From the NCBI GenBank assembly GCA_038063615.1, contig JBBTUT010000003.1, forward strand, positions 1,352 through 65,351: a stretch of DNA of 64,000 nucleotides. Reading direction: 5' to 3'. Below are positions 1-9,092 of the stretch, piece by piece. The notes under the pieces are model-generated. The model saw nothing but the letters and a program-made list of their open reading frames with translations. It did no database searches and was not told the origin of the DNA. A program made the position numbers and the translations under genes. Each line of letters begins with the position of its first letter. Positions within the stretch are counted from its first letter, which is position 1. Source of the DNA: Patescibacteria group bacterium (GTDB taxonomy: Bacteria; Patescibacteriota; Minisyncoccia; Phycocordibacterales; UBA1550).

Positions 1-2238
1 TACTCGCGGTATTTGCGGATGAAAGGGTTTAATGTGATGCATCCGATCGGCTGGGATGCATTTGGGCTTCCGGCAGAAAACTATGCAATCAAAACGGGGA
101 TACATCCCGACCAGAGCACCCATCAAAATATCAAGAATTTTATCGCGCAGATGAAAGGGTTGGGTTTTTCGTCCGATTGGACGCGCGAGATCGATACATC
201 TTCACCTGAATATTATCGATGGACGCAATGGTTCTTTCTTCTTCTTTATAAAAATGGCTTGGCGTACAAAAAGAAAGCAAAAGTAAATTGGTGTGAGTCG
301 TGCAAGACGGGCCTTGCAAACGAGCAGGCCCAAGGGGGTCTTTGTGAGCGGTGTAAAAATACTGTGATCCAAAAAGATCTCGAACAGTGGTTTTTCAAGA
401 TCACTGATTATGCCGATGACCTTATCAATGATCTCGATAAGGTTGATTGGCCTTCGTCTACGGTCGCCCAGCAGCGCAATTGGATTGGCAGGAGTGAGGG
501 CGTTGAATTCAGTATGTCAATCGACGGGACAGATACATCGATAGCGGTGTACACCACGCGCATCGATACGGTTTTTGGGATGACCTATGTAGTGCTCGCG
601 CCGGAGCATCCGCTTGTTGAGACACTCTTGTCCGCGGTGAAAAATAAAAGCGAAGTTGAGGGATATATACAGGCGTCGACAAAGAAGACTGAGCTCGAAC
701 GCACCGAACTTGCGAAAGAAAAAACGGGAGTTGTCCTCGAGGGAATTCTCGCAATAAATCCGTTCACAAAAAAACCGGTACCAGTGTTTCTCGGCGACTA
801 TGTTTTGGGCAACTACGGTACGGGCGCGGTGATGGCGGTGCCAGCGCATGATGAACGGGATTTTGAATTTGCAAAAAAATATAATTTATCGATTGTTCCG
901 GTAATTGACGGATTTGACGGCAGTGAGGCATATATAAAAGACGGAACACTTATAAATTCTGGGGAATTTTCCGGCATGTTGTCTGAGGAAGCGCGAGAGA
1001 AGATGGCGTCGTGGCTCCTGTCAGAAGAGTCTGGTTTTAAGAAAGTGAATTATCGTCTTCGCGACTGGCTCATTTCGCGCCAGCGCTATTGGGGTGCGCC
1101 GATACCTGTTATTTACTGCACCATGTGTGGCGAAGTGCCGGTTCCGGAAAAAGATTTGCCGGTCTTGTTACCCAAGGATGTGGATTTTCATCCGACGGGG
1201 GAGTCACCACTCAGGCAATCAAAAAGTTTTCATGAAGTCTTGTGTCCAAAGTGCGGGATGAAAGCAACGCGCGAGTCGGACACGATGGATACTTTTGTAT
1301 GTTCGAGCTGGTACTATTTCCGCTTTGCAGATCCGAAGAATGACAAAGAATTCGCTTCGCGCGAAAAAATAGAGAAGTGGCTTCCCGTCGATATGTATAT
1401 GGGTGGAGCGGAGCATGCCGTCCTTCATCTTATGTATGCGCGTTTCTTCACAAAAGTTTTGAAAAAGCTTGATTACATTGATTTTGACGAGCCATTCTTG
1501 AAAGTTTGTCATCAAGGAATGATCCTCGCTTCCGACGGACGCAAGATGTCAAAGTCTCTTGGTAATGTGATCAACCCGAACGAGCTCGTAGAAAAGTTTG
1601 GAGCAGACACGCTTCGCCTGCATGAGATGTTTCTGGGACCGCTTGAGGATATGAAAGCGTGGAATTCGGATACGATCATCGGACCGCGCCGTTTCCTCGA
1701 GCGCGCGTGGAAGCTAAAAAATAAATTACAACAGACGACCGACAACGAACAACAAGAAAATCAAAAACTAGATACAATTCTTCACAAGACCATCAAAAAA
1801 GTCACCGATGACATCGAATCATTCAGTTTCAATACGGCGATTTCGGCGATGATGATGCTGATCAATGAGATGGAAAAGGCGCCGGTCGTTTCTAGTGAGC
1901 ATTATGAGATTTTTCTCAAGCTCCTCGCTCCGTTCGCTCCGCACATTTCAGAGGAGTTGTGGTCCGCTGTCGGCAACACAGAGTCGATTCACCTGTCCCC
2001 GTGGCCGGTGTTTGATGGTACAAAAATTGTTGAGAGCGAGGTGACGATCGCGATCCAAGTAAATGGCAAGATGCGCGACACGATCGTGGTGCCCGCTGAT
2101 GCTGAAGAAGATGTCATAAAGGGGATGGCGCTCGCACGACCCGCGGTCGCAAAATGGGTGGATGGCAAGGACATAAAGAAGGTTATCGTGGTAAAAGGAA
2201 AAATCATAAATATTGTGGTCGGTGAAACACCGTTGTAA
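1..2238 (+). CDS. leuS: Leucyl-tRNA synthetase, 5'-truncated by window edge
   Basis: Open frame runs from base 1. Class I aaRS motifs MHPIGWDAFGLP and KMSKSLGN. CP1 editing domain and C-terminal LeuRS region present. Confidence 0.9.
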   Translation, partial: YSRYLRMKGFNVMHPIGWDAFGLPAENYAIKTGIHPDQSTHQNIKNFIAQMKGLGFSSDWTREIDTSSPEYYRWTQWFFLLLYKNGLAYKKKAKVNWCESCKTGLANEQAQGGLCERCKNTVIQKDLEQWFFKITDYADDLINDLDKVDWPSSTVAQQRNWIGRSEGVEFSMSIDGTDTSIAVYTTRIDTVFGMTYVVLAPEHPLVETLLSAVKNKSEVEGYIQASTKKTELERTELAKEKTGVVLEGILAINPFTKKPVPVFLGDYVLGNYGTGAVMAVPAHDERDFEFAKKYNLSIVPVIDGFDGSEAYIKDGTLINSGEFSGMLSEEAREKMASWLLSEESGFKKVNYRLRDWLISRQRYWGAPIPVIYCTMCGEVPVPEKDLPVLLPKDVDFHPTGESPLRQSKSFHEVLCPKCGMKATRESDTMDTFVCSSWYYFRFADPKNDKEFASREKIEKWLPVDMYMGGAEHAVLHLMYARFFTKVLKKLDYIDFDEPFLKVCHQGMILASDGRKMSKSLGNVINPNELVEKFGADTLRLHEMFLGPLEDMKAWNSDTIIGPRRFLERAWKLKNKLQQTTDNEQQENQKLDTILHKTIKKVTDDIESFSFNTAISAMMMLINEMEKAPVVSSEHYEIFLKLLAPFAPHISEELWSAVGNTESIHLSPWPVFDGTKIVESEVTIAIQVNGKMRDTIVVPADAEEDVIKGMALARPAVAKWVDGKDIKKVIVVKGKIINIVVGETPL

Positions 2239-2367
2239 AATAAGGGTTTTTTGGAAAATTGTCGGGGGACTTGCAAAAAGCTTGACTCTATGCCCATTTA
2301 ATGATAGAAAGTAGTTACTTTGTGTTAGAAAATAAACAATTAATAATAGATTTTAAACAACGCACAT

Positions 2368-3396
2368 ATGTCTGTCATCACTTTTAAACCAAAACAGGTC
2401 GTCAAACGCTTACTCTCGTCTCTTTCGCCGCGCGCGCTCGATGTGATGACCAAGCGCTACGGTCTCGGCGAAGAAACAAACCGCATGACCTTGGAAGGTA
2501 TCGGCGGGACCTATGGTATTACTCGCGAACGCGTGCGCCAGATCGAAAATTTTGCATTGGGAACGATCAAGAAGTCGGACGCATTCAAAAAAGAAACGGC
2601 GGTGTTCGAGGAGCTCAATAAGCTCGTCATCTCCATGGGCGGCGTTGTGTGCGAAGAAGATTTTTTGATGCACATTTCCAAAGATGTAAGCACGCAGAAT
2701 CAGATCTATTTTCTCCTTGTGCTCGGCGAACAATTCAAGCGCGAAAAAGAAGACGAGCAGTTCAGACACCGCTGGATCGTCGATGACAAAACTTCGATGA
2801 AGGTTCACGATGCGATCAAAGAGCTTTACAAATCGCTCTCTCACGAAGACCTCGTTCCCGAGAGCGAGATTGTCGCCGCGTTCCTCAAGCACTTGAGAGA
2901 TGTGTCCGAGGAATACAAGAACGAAGAGGTCACGAAACGCTGGCTCTCTATTTCAAAAACTATTGCGAAAAATCCGCTCGGTGAGTGGGGTATCGCAGAA
3001 TCGCCGAATGTCAACGCGCGCGGTATGCGCGACTATGCGTACCTGATCATCCGCAAGCACGGATCACCGATGCATTTCACGGAGGTTGCAAAATCGATTA
3101 CGCAAGTTTTCGGCAAGAAAGCCCACATCGCCACCTGCCACAACGAACTCATCAAGGACAGCCGTTTCGTCCTCGTCGGTCGCGGACTGTACGCGCTCTC
3201 ATCGTGGGGATATGAAAAAGGCGTAGTGAGAGATGTCATCGCCAAGGTTCTCAAAAAAGAAGGTCCGCTCGCCAAAAAAGATATCATCGACCGCGTGCTC
3301 AAAGAGCGCTATGTAAAAGAGAATACGGTATTCGTAAATCTTCAAGACCCAAAGTTGTTCAAGAGGACGAAAGACGGGAGATATGCGTTGGCGTAA
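2368..3396 (+). CDS. HTH protein with sigma-70 region-4-like motif (GITRERVRQIE) and C-terminal HARE-HTH-like domain
   Basis: TRERVRQIEN is a classic sigma region 4.2 helix. LIIRKHGSPMHFTEVAKSI resembles HARE-HTH (RpoE delta-like). Confidence 0.45.
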   Translation: MSVITFKPKQVVKRLLSSLSPRALDVMTKRYGLGEETNRMTLEGIGGTYGITRERVRQIENFALGTIKKSDAFKKETAVFEELNKLVISMGGVVCEEDFLMHISKDVSTQNQIYFLLVLGEQFKREKEDEQFRHRWIVDDKTSMKVHDAIKELYKSLSHEDLVPESEIVAAFLKHLRDVSEEYKNEEVTKRWLSISKTIAKNPLGEWGIAESPNVNARGMRDYAYLIIRKHGSPMHFTEVAKSITQVFGKKAHIATCHNELIKDSRFVLVGRGLYALSSWGYEKGVVRDVIAKVLKKEGPLAKKDIIDRVLKERYVKENTVFVNLQDPKLFKRTKDGRYALA

Positions 3397-3413
3397 AAGA
3401 AGTCTATAAAGTC

Positions 3414-3475
3414 GAAAGTCCGTAAAGTCCATAAAGTAGATGCATTTGTATCCACTTTTGACTTTACGGACTTTT
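3414..3475 (+). terminator. Stem-loop with 15-nt perfect stem aaagtccgtaaagtc/gactttacggacttt
   Basis: Inverted repeat read directly, downstream of the 2368-3396 gene. Confidence 0.4.
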
Positions 3476-3530
3476 AGCTTTTAACTTGCGCGCGTTATGC
3501 GCGCGCGGTATGATATGGAGTATGAACATC

Positions 3531-4775
3531 TGGCAGACTCTCGGTTTTTCGGAACTTTTTCATCAGACCGTCGCAACCCTCGTCTCGGCTTTCGCTTGGT
3601 TCCCCTATTGGGGGCCGATATTTTTTGGGTATGTATTTTGGCATCAGTGGATGCACTTCGTGCAGGGGTACTTTATGTCGCGCACCAACTGGGTGCTCCT
3701 CGAGGTGAAAGTTCCCAAGGAAACTTTCAAATCACCGCTCGCTATGGAGATCGTGCTCAATGCGCTGTATCAAACAAGCGCGGGGAATTGGTACGATAAA
3801 ATGTGGAAAGGAAAAGTGAAAGATTATTTTTCCCTTGAAATGGTTTCTATCGACGGGCATATTAAGTTTTTCATTCGCGCCCCGGCACTTTATAAAAATG
3901 TCATTGAGGCCCAGCTCTATGGTCAGTACCCCGATGTAGAGATTTACGAGGTGCCGGACTATGTCCGCTATGTGGATTATCAAGGGAATGACGGAGACTG
4001 GAAAATTATTGCGGCCGAATACGGACTTACCAAGCCAGACCCATACCCGATAAAGACATATGTCGATTATGGTCTCGACAAAGATCCGAAAGAAGAATTT
4101 AAAATTGATCCGCTCACCTCTATCATTGAATACCTCGGCTCTGTCGGCAAAGGCGAGCAGATTTGGATCCAGATCATCGTGCAGGCGGCGGGGAATCGCT
4201 ACCATATTAAAGCAGGTAAAAAGGAGGGACAACTGGGGGATTGGAAGGATGAAGCAAAGGATATTGTAAAGAGTCTTACTACGAAAGAAAGTAAGGATAA
4301 GGATGGGAAAATGGTTATAGTATCTAAGGTACTGGAAATGACCGAAGGGGATCGCGATGTGGTCAAAGCTATCGAGCGGAGTACAGGCAAGCTTGGTTTT
4401 GATTGTGGTGTTCGCGCTATATACTTGTCTAAAAAGGATAAATACAATGTAAGCAATCTTCGGGCGCTCGGCGGACTTTTACGACCTTTTACCACAAACA
4501 ATTTAAACGGGTTCAAAACGGTAACTACGACCTTTGGCTGGAGTTATCCATGGCAGGATTATAAAGAGATGCGCCTAAACGCGAAGAGAAAGAAAATTTT
4601 CAAGGCGTACAAATATCGCTCGTGGTTTCATTTGCCGCGTAAGCTGAAGCCTTTCGTGCTCAATACCGAGGAGCTCGCGACCATCTATCACTTCCCCGGA
4701 GGTGTGGCTCAGACGCCGACATTTGGTCGTATCCCATCGCGCAAGTCAGAGGCGCCGGTCAATTTGCCAATATAG
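3531..4775 (+). CDS. Hypothetical membrane protein (two N-terminal TM helices plus large soluble domain)
   Basis: Long ORF. Start chosen at the first ATG after a GGTATGAT -10-like box; ORF track begins at TTG 3486. Hydrophobic N-terminus. No family recognised. Confidence 0.4.
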   Translation, partial: WQTLGFSELFHQTVATLVSAFAWFPYWGPIFFGYVFWHQWMHFVQGYFMSRTNWVLLEVKVPKETFKSPLAMEIVLNALYQTSAGNWYDKMWKGKVKDYFSLEMVSIDGHIKFFIRAPALYKNVIEAQLYGQYPDVEIYEVPDYVRYVDYQGNDGDWKIIAAEYGLTKPDPYPIKTYVDYGLDKDPKEEFKIDPLTSIIEYLGSVGKGEQIWIQIIVQAAGNRYHIKAGKKEGQLGDWKDEAKDIVKSLTTKESKDKDGKMVIVSKVLEMTEGDRDVVKAIERSTGKLGFDCGVRAIYLSKKDKYNVSNLRALGGLLRPFTTNNLNGFKTVTTTFGWSYPWQDYKEMRLNAKRKKIFKAYKYRSWFHLPRKLKPFVLNTEELATIYHFPGGVAQTPTFGRIPSRKSEAPVNLPI

Positions 4776-4778
4776 AGT

Positions 4779-4912
4779 TGAATGGGGAATGGGGAAGGGG
4801 GAATGAATATCGAATATCGAATGTTGAATATCGAATGTTGAATGTTGAATGTTGAATGTTGAATGTTGAATGTTGAATGTTGAATATCGAATGTTGAATG
4901 TTGAATGTTGAA
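4779..4912. repeat. Heptamer tandem repeat array (GAATGTT/GAATATC/GAATGGG units, about 17 copies)
   Basis: Direct reading: gaatggggaatgggg...gaatatcgaatgttgaatgttgaatgtt... Confidence 0.9.
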
Positions 4913-4915
4913 TTA

Positions 4916-4961
4916 GCAAAAACGCCTCCTATGTCCTATAGGACATAGGAGGCGTTTTTGC
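4916..4961. terminator. 46-nt perfect palindrome gcaaaaacgcctcctatgtcctataggacataggaggcgtttttgc
   Basis: Perfect inverted repeat with CTATAG centre, T-rich flank. Likely bidirectional intrinsic terminator. Confidence 0.7.
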
Positions 4962-5032
4962 TTCAAATATCAAATATCAAATAAACATAGATTTATTTCA
5001 GAATTACATTTGGCTATGTTATAATTTTATAC

Positions 5033-6127
5033 ATGGAACAAACACTGGGAGAACAACCAACAGCGGACACTGCTACTGAATTAACAAATTCAGCAACGGG
5101 TCAGACGATTGACAAAGAAGAAGAGAAAGCAGTAGAGAAGCTTCCTCGGACGGCTTTTCTCGCATCGCTCGGCATCGAAAATCGTTCGGCGAAAATCGTG
5201 CTCACAGGCGCGCTCGGAATCGTATTTTTTGCCACGCTCATTTCGTTTCTTTTGATGCCGCCACGCGACTTTCCCAAAGATAAAACGATTACGGTCAGGA
5301 GCGGTGTTTCTCTCGGGCAGGTGTCGCTCCTCCTAAAAGATGAGCACCTTATTCGCTCGCGCACTCTTTTTGAACTCTGCTCAAGGGCTGTCGGCGGGGA
5401 CAAACCGATTCTCGCGGGACAATACTTGTTCAAAGATTCCGCTTACGCATGCACCATCGCAATGCGTATCGCGCGCGGTATTTCGGGTATACCGAGCGTA
5501 CGCGTGACTATTCCCGAGGGAATGTCAAACAAGGAAGTTGCCGTGGTCATTGCGAAACTGCTTCCCGGCTTTGACTCCGCTTTTTTCCTTGAAAACGCGC
5601 GACAAAAAGAGGGGTATCTTTTCCCTGACACTTATTTGCTTTCCACGAGCGTGAATACCGAGAAGATCGTGTCGATAATGAGCGCAAATTTTGAGAAAAA
5701 GATAGAATCATGGATCCCGATCATCGAGTCCTCGGGACGCTCTCTCCGCGATACCATTATTATGGCGTCCATCCTCGAAAAAGAAGCAACTACCGACGAA
5801 GACAAAGAGCTCGTTTCAGGCATCCTTTGGAAGCGCATCAAGATCGGAATGCCACTTCAGGTTGACGCGACATTCATGTATCTTTTTAATAAAAAGTCGA
5901 GTGATATTACGCAAGCGGATCTCCAAATGAAATCAGTGTACAATACCTATCGCAACAAAGGTCTGCCGGGCGGCCCCATCGGCAATCCGGGTATCGCTGC
6001 CATCCGCGCGGCCATCCGCCCAAAAGATTCTCCATACCTCTACTATCTCTCCGACGACAAAGGCGTGATGCACTATGCGAAAACTTTTGCCGAGCATGTG
6101 GTGAATAAGGGGAAGTACTTAAGATAG
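5033..6127 (+). CDS. mltG: Endolytic murein transglycosylase MltG (YceG family)
   Basis: N-terminal TM segment. YceG-like motifs (EGYLFPDTY, GLPxGPIxNPG, YLYYL). TGTTATAAT extended -10 box 7 nt upstream of the ATG. Confidence 0.8.
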   Translation: MEQTLGEQPTADTATELTNSATGQTIDKEEEKAVEKLPRTAFLASLGIENRSAKIVLTGALGIVFFATLISFLLMPPRDFPKDKTITVRSGVSLGQVSLLLKDEHLIRSRTLFELCSRAVGGDKPILAGQYLFKDSAYACTIAMRIARGISGIPSVRVTIPEGMSNKEVAVVIAKLLPGFDSAFFLENARQKEGYLFPDTYLLSTSVNTEKIVSIMSANFEKKIESWIPIIESSGRSLRDTIIMASILEKEATTDEDKELVSGILWKRIKIGMPLQVDATFMYLFNKKSSDITQADLQMKSVYNTYRNKGLPGGPIGNPGIAAIRAAIRPKDSPYLYYLSDDKGVMHYAKTFAEHVVNKGKYLR

Positions 6128-6210
6128 AATATCGAATATGGAATGTTGAATATGGAATGGGTGTGTTAACCCGTATTTATTCAATATTCAATATTCGATA
6201 TTCGATATTC
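6127..6210. repeat. Heptamer repeat hairpin: gaatatcgaatatggaatgttgaatatggaatgg ... tcaatattcaatattcgatattcgatattc
   Basis: Forward and reverse-complement copies of the same GAATATC/GAATGTT units flank a 20-nt spacer between mltG and mnmA. Confidence 0.8.
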
Positions 6211-6215
6211 AGCAC

Positions 6216-7391
6216 ATGAAATTGCAGAAAAAATTAAAAAGATCCGCTAACTCAGCAAAAAAGAACAGTGTGGAAGGCAAGCGTGTCTTTGTCGGGATGT
6301 CGGGCGGGGTGGACTCGTCAGTTGCGGCGGCGCTTCTCAAAAAAGAGGGATATGAAGTGACGGGTGTTTTTATGAAGGTGTGGCAGCCGGATTTTTTGCC
6401 ATGCACTTGGCGCGAGGAACGACTGGATGCGATGCGCGTGGCGGCACAGCTCGGTATTCCGTTTTTGTCGTGGGATTTTGAGCGCGAATACAAGGAGGGA
6501 GTTGCGGACTATATGATTCGAGAATACCGTGCGGGCAGAACGCCGAATCCCGATGTCATGTGCAACAAGGAAGTGAAGTTCGGCGCGTTTTTCCGCAGGG
6601 CGATCGCAGAGGGTGCGGACTTTGTGGCGACGGGGCACTATTCGCGTACGGCGCGAATAGTGCGAGTCAAAAGTGTAAAGTCAAAAGTCAAAAGTCCGAA
6701 TGCAGAATACATGATGTTAAAGGGAGCAGACTCCACGAAAGACCAGTCGTACTTTTTGTGGACACTTGGACAGGAGCAATTGTCGAAGACTTTGTTTCCG
6801 ATCGGTGGGTTCAAAAAGTCACAAGTGCGCGCGCTTGCGAAAAAGTTTGGGCTTCCCGTTGCTGAGAAAAAAGACAGCCAAGGGCTTTGCTTCATGGGGA
6901 AGCTTGATATGAAAGATTTTCTCGCGCATTTTATGGAGGAGAAAGAGGGGAGTGTGGTCAATGAAAAAGGGGAGACTATTGGTACTCATCGCGGAGCATA
7001 TTTTTACACGCTCGGCGAGCGACACGGTTTTACTATCACGCAAAAAGGGACGGATAATGCGCCGTACTATGTCGTGGCGAAAGATCTGAGTACAAACATC
7101 ATTACCGTCGCGCATAAAGTAAAAAACACTCTCGAGTATGCTGTCAAAGAATTACAACTATCGCAAATAAATTTTTGCCGAGGAACCGTGCCTGACCTTG
7201 CCCGCGCATACACCGCGCAAGTACGCTATCACGGCGAACAATATTCTTGCCGTCTTGTTACACTTGGAGGTTCAACCTCCAAGTTGTCTTTCATGTTGCA
7301 ATTCAAAAAACCGGTTATGGCGGATGCCGGTCAATCAGTTGTGATTTATGATGGTATGGAATGTGTTGGTGGTGGGGTGATAGAAAAATAA
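6216..7391 (+). CDS. mnmA: tRNA-specific 2-thiouridylase MnmA
   Basis: PP-loop SGGVDSS. Conserved MnmA Cys residues. Contains an in-frame low-complexity insert VKSVKSKVKSP encoded by GTCAAAA-like heptad repeats (about 6660-6705). Confidence 0.85.
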   Translation: MKLQKKLKRSANSAKKNSVEGKRVFVGMSGGVDSSVAAALLKKEGYEVTGVFMKVWQPDFLPCTWREERLDAMRVAAQLGIPFLSWDFEREYKEGVADYMIREYRAGRTPNPDVMCNKEVKFGAFFRRAIAEGADFVATGHYSRTARIVRVKSVKSKVKSPNAEYMMLKGADSTKDQSYFLWTLGQEQLSKTLFPIGGFKKSQVRALAKKFGLPVAEKKDSQGLCFMGKLDMKDFLAHFMEEKEGSVVNEKGETIGTHRGAYFYTLGERHGFTITQKGTDNAPYYVVAKDLSTNIITVAHKVKNTLEYAVKELQLSQINFCRGTVPDLARAYTAQVRYHGEQYSCRLVTLGGSTSKLSFMLQFKKPVMADAGQSVVIYDGMECVGGGVIEK

Positions 7392-7398
7392 CGAGGGG

Positions 7399-7450
7399 CG
7401 CTTACTGGTATCTATTTCAAGCTATAGCTTGAAATAGATACCAGTAAGCG
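7399..7450. terminator. 52-nt perfect palindrome cgcttactggtatctatttcaagctatagcttgaaatagataccagtaagcg
   Basis: Perfect inverted repeat. Shares a 32-nt core (ATCTATTTCAAGCTATAGCTTGAAATAGAT) with the palindrome at 8980-9025. Confidence 0.7.
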
Positions 7451-7505
7451 AGTAAGCGACGAGAAGAGTTTTGTTTTGTGCTCGCGCGCATGGTAAACTT
7501 ATCAA

Positions 7506-8360
7506 ATGGTAAAAGAGCGAAATGCCGTCGCGTGGGTGATAAAGAGCACGGGGGAGCGGGAGCGGTTTTCTTTGACCAAGCTTCGGCGTTCACTCGTGCG
7601 TTCAGGCGCGGATAAAGAGACTGTTGAAACGGTCATATCGCACATCATTCCAGAGCTTCATGATGGGATGAAGACTTCGCAGATTTACAAGCATGCGTAC
7701 TCGATCCTCAAGAAGAGTAAATACCCAGTGGCTATCCGCTACTCGCTCCGCAAGGCGGTGATGGAGCTTGGACCGAGCGGATTTCCGTTTGAAAAATATG
7801 TAGCAGAGGTGCTGAGGCGCAAGGGGTACAGAGCGCAGACGGGCGTGATACTTCCCGGCTTTTGCGTATCGCATGAAGTGGATGTGCTCATGGAAAAAGA
7901 CAATCGTCATATTTTTGCCGAGTGCAAGTTCCACAATCAGCAGGGTATCAAGACCGATGTGAAGGTCGCGCTCTATGTGCACGCGCGGTTCCTCGATCTG
8001 CAAAAAGGGCACGATATGAAAGAGGGCGCGGTGCCGAAAATTCACGAGGGGTGGCTCATCACCAATACGAAACTCACGCTTGATGCTATCCAATATGCAC
8101 AATGCGCAGGACTCAATGTTATCGGGTGGGACTATCCCGAACAGGGCAACTTGCAAGACCTCATCTTGGAGACGGGGGTGCACCCGCTCACCTTCCTTTC
8201 GACGCTGAGCCAGAGTGATAAAAATAGTCTCCTCGAGCAGGGAATCGTGATGTGTCGTGATCTCAAAAATAGCCCCGCTCCGCTCAAATCAATAGGATTT
8301 TCGGACGAGCAGATAAAAAATGTCGTGAATGAGATCGACAAGGTGTGCCAAGAATTTTAA
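7506..8360 (+). CDS. ATP-cone domain protein fused to an Mrr-cat-like restriction-endonuclease fold domain
   Basis: N-terminal ATP-cone pattern (VIKSTGERERFSLTKLRRSL...). C-terminal FEKYVAEVLRRKGY...DVLME...ECKF...ITNTKLTLDAIQYA matches the Mrr catalytic-domain pattern. Confidence 0.55.
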   Translation: MVKERNAVAWVIKSTGERERFSLTKLRRSLVRSGADKETVETVISHIIPELHDGMKTSQIYKHAYSILKKSKYPVAIRYSLRKAVMELGPSGFPFEKYVAEVLRRKGYRAQTGVILPGFCVSHEVDVLMEKDNRHIFAECKFHNQQGIKTDVKVALYVHARFLDLQKGHDMKEGAVPKIHEGWLITNTKLTLDAIQYAQCAGLNVIGWDYPEQGNLQDLILETGVHPLTFLSTLSQSDKNSLLEQGIVMCRDLKNSPAPLKSIGFSDEQIKNVVNEIDKVCQEF

Positions 8361-8389
8361 GTTCTAGGAAGGGGAGTCCTTCCTAGAAC
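8361..8389. terminator. Hairpin gttctaggaagg-ggag-tccttcctagaac
   Basis: Perfect 12-nt stem immediately after the stop of the 7506-8360 gene. Confidence 0.6.
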
Positions 8390-8438
8390 TTCCTGAAATT
8401 TTTGAAATTACCAAAAGTTTGATACAATATAGTTATAT

Positions 8439-8912
8439 ATGATCACCGACATTTTTCCTCTCGATACTATTGATATGCTCCTCAAGCTGGTGGCGGCGCT
8501 TTTTTTGGGGATGTCGCTTGGAGTGGAGCGCGCAATAGCTGGCAAGACTGCCGGCATGCGCACCTATGGCTTGGTGACGATGGGGTCGGCGCTCTTTGTC
8601 ATTGTTTCAATTTCTGCCGCCGGCGGTCTGGCTTCCACAGAGGCGATCCGTGAGTCGCTCCGCTTTTCCGGTCAAATTTTGCCGGGGATTGGGTTTATCG
8701 GCGCCGGACTTATTATTTTCAGGGGTTCGAAAGTGAGCGGTATCACGACGGCAGCCGGTATTTGGGTCTCCGCCGGTGTCGGCGTTTCCGTCGGATATGG
8801 GCTATACACAGTCGCGGTCGCGACGACCATCATGGTACTCATTATTTTTACCGGATTTTGGTATGTTGAAAACAAAGTGAAGTCACTCGCGCATCTTTCT
8901 CAGGAGGACTAA
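8439..8912 (+). CDS. MgtC/SapB family membrane protein
   Basis: LKLVAALFLGMSLGVERAIAGKTAGMRTYGLV is the MgtC signature region. TGATACAAT extended -10 box just upstream; apparently leaderless. Confidence 0.75.
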   Translation: MITDIFPLDTIDMLLKLVAALFLGMSLGVERAIAGKTAGMRTYGLVTMGSALFVIVSISAAGGLASTEAIRESLRFSGQILPGIGFIGAGLIIFRGSKVSGITTAAGIWVSAGVGVSVGYGLYTVAVATTIMVLIIFTGFWYVENKVKSLAHLSQED

Positions 8913-8979
8913 TGGAGGAAAAGCGCCAGAGGGGGGGATGGGGAATAGTGAAGAGAACAGGGAAGATTTCATAATAAGT

Positions 8980-9025
8980 CCACTAACATCTATTTCAAGC
9001 TATAGCTTGAAATAGATGTTAGTGG
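8980..9025. terminator. 46-nt perfect palindrome ccactaacatctatttcaagctatagcttgaaatagatgttagtgg
   Basis: Perfect inverted repeat. Same 32-nt core as 7399-7450 but different outer stem. Confidence 0.7.
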
Positions 9026-9092
9026 ACTGTGATGGTTGACGGTATATAGTTGTGTTGGCGGAGGAAGGCAATTTGGTATAAGATAGGCGGAT

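Noticed and set aside
3497-3799. 100-aa ORF in alternative frame at the start of the 3531-4775 gene
   Set aside because: Out of frame with the much longer ORF. No support.
4779-4912. Tandem repeat arrays considered as CRISPR
   Set aside because: Units are 7 nt with no spacers of unique sequence. No cas genes in the window.
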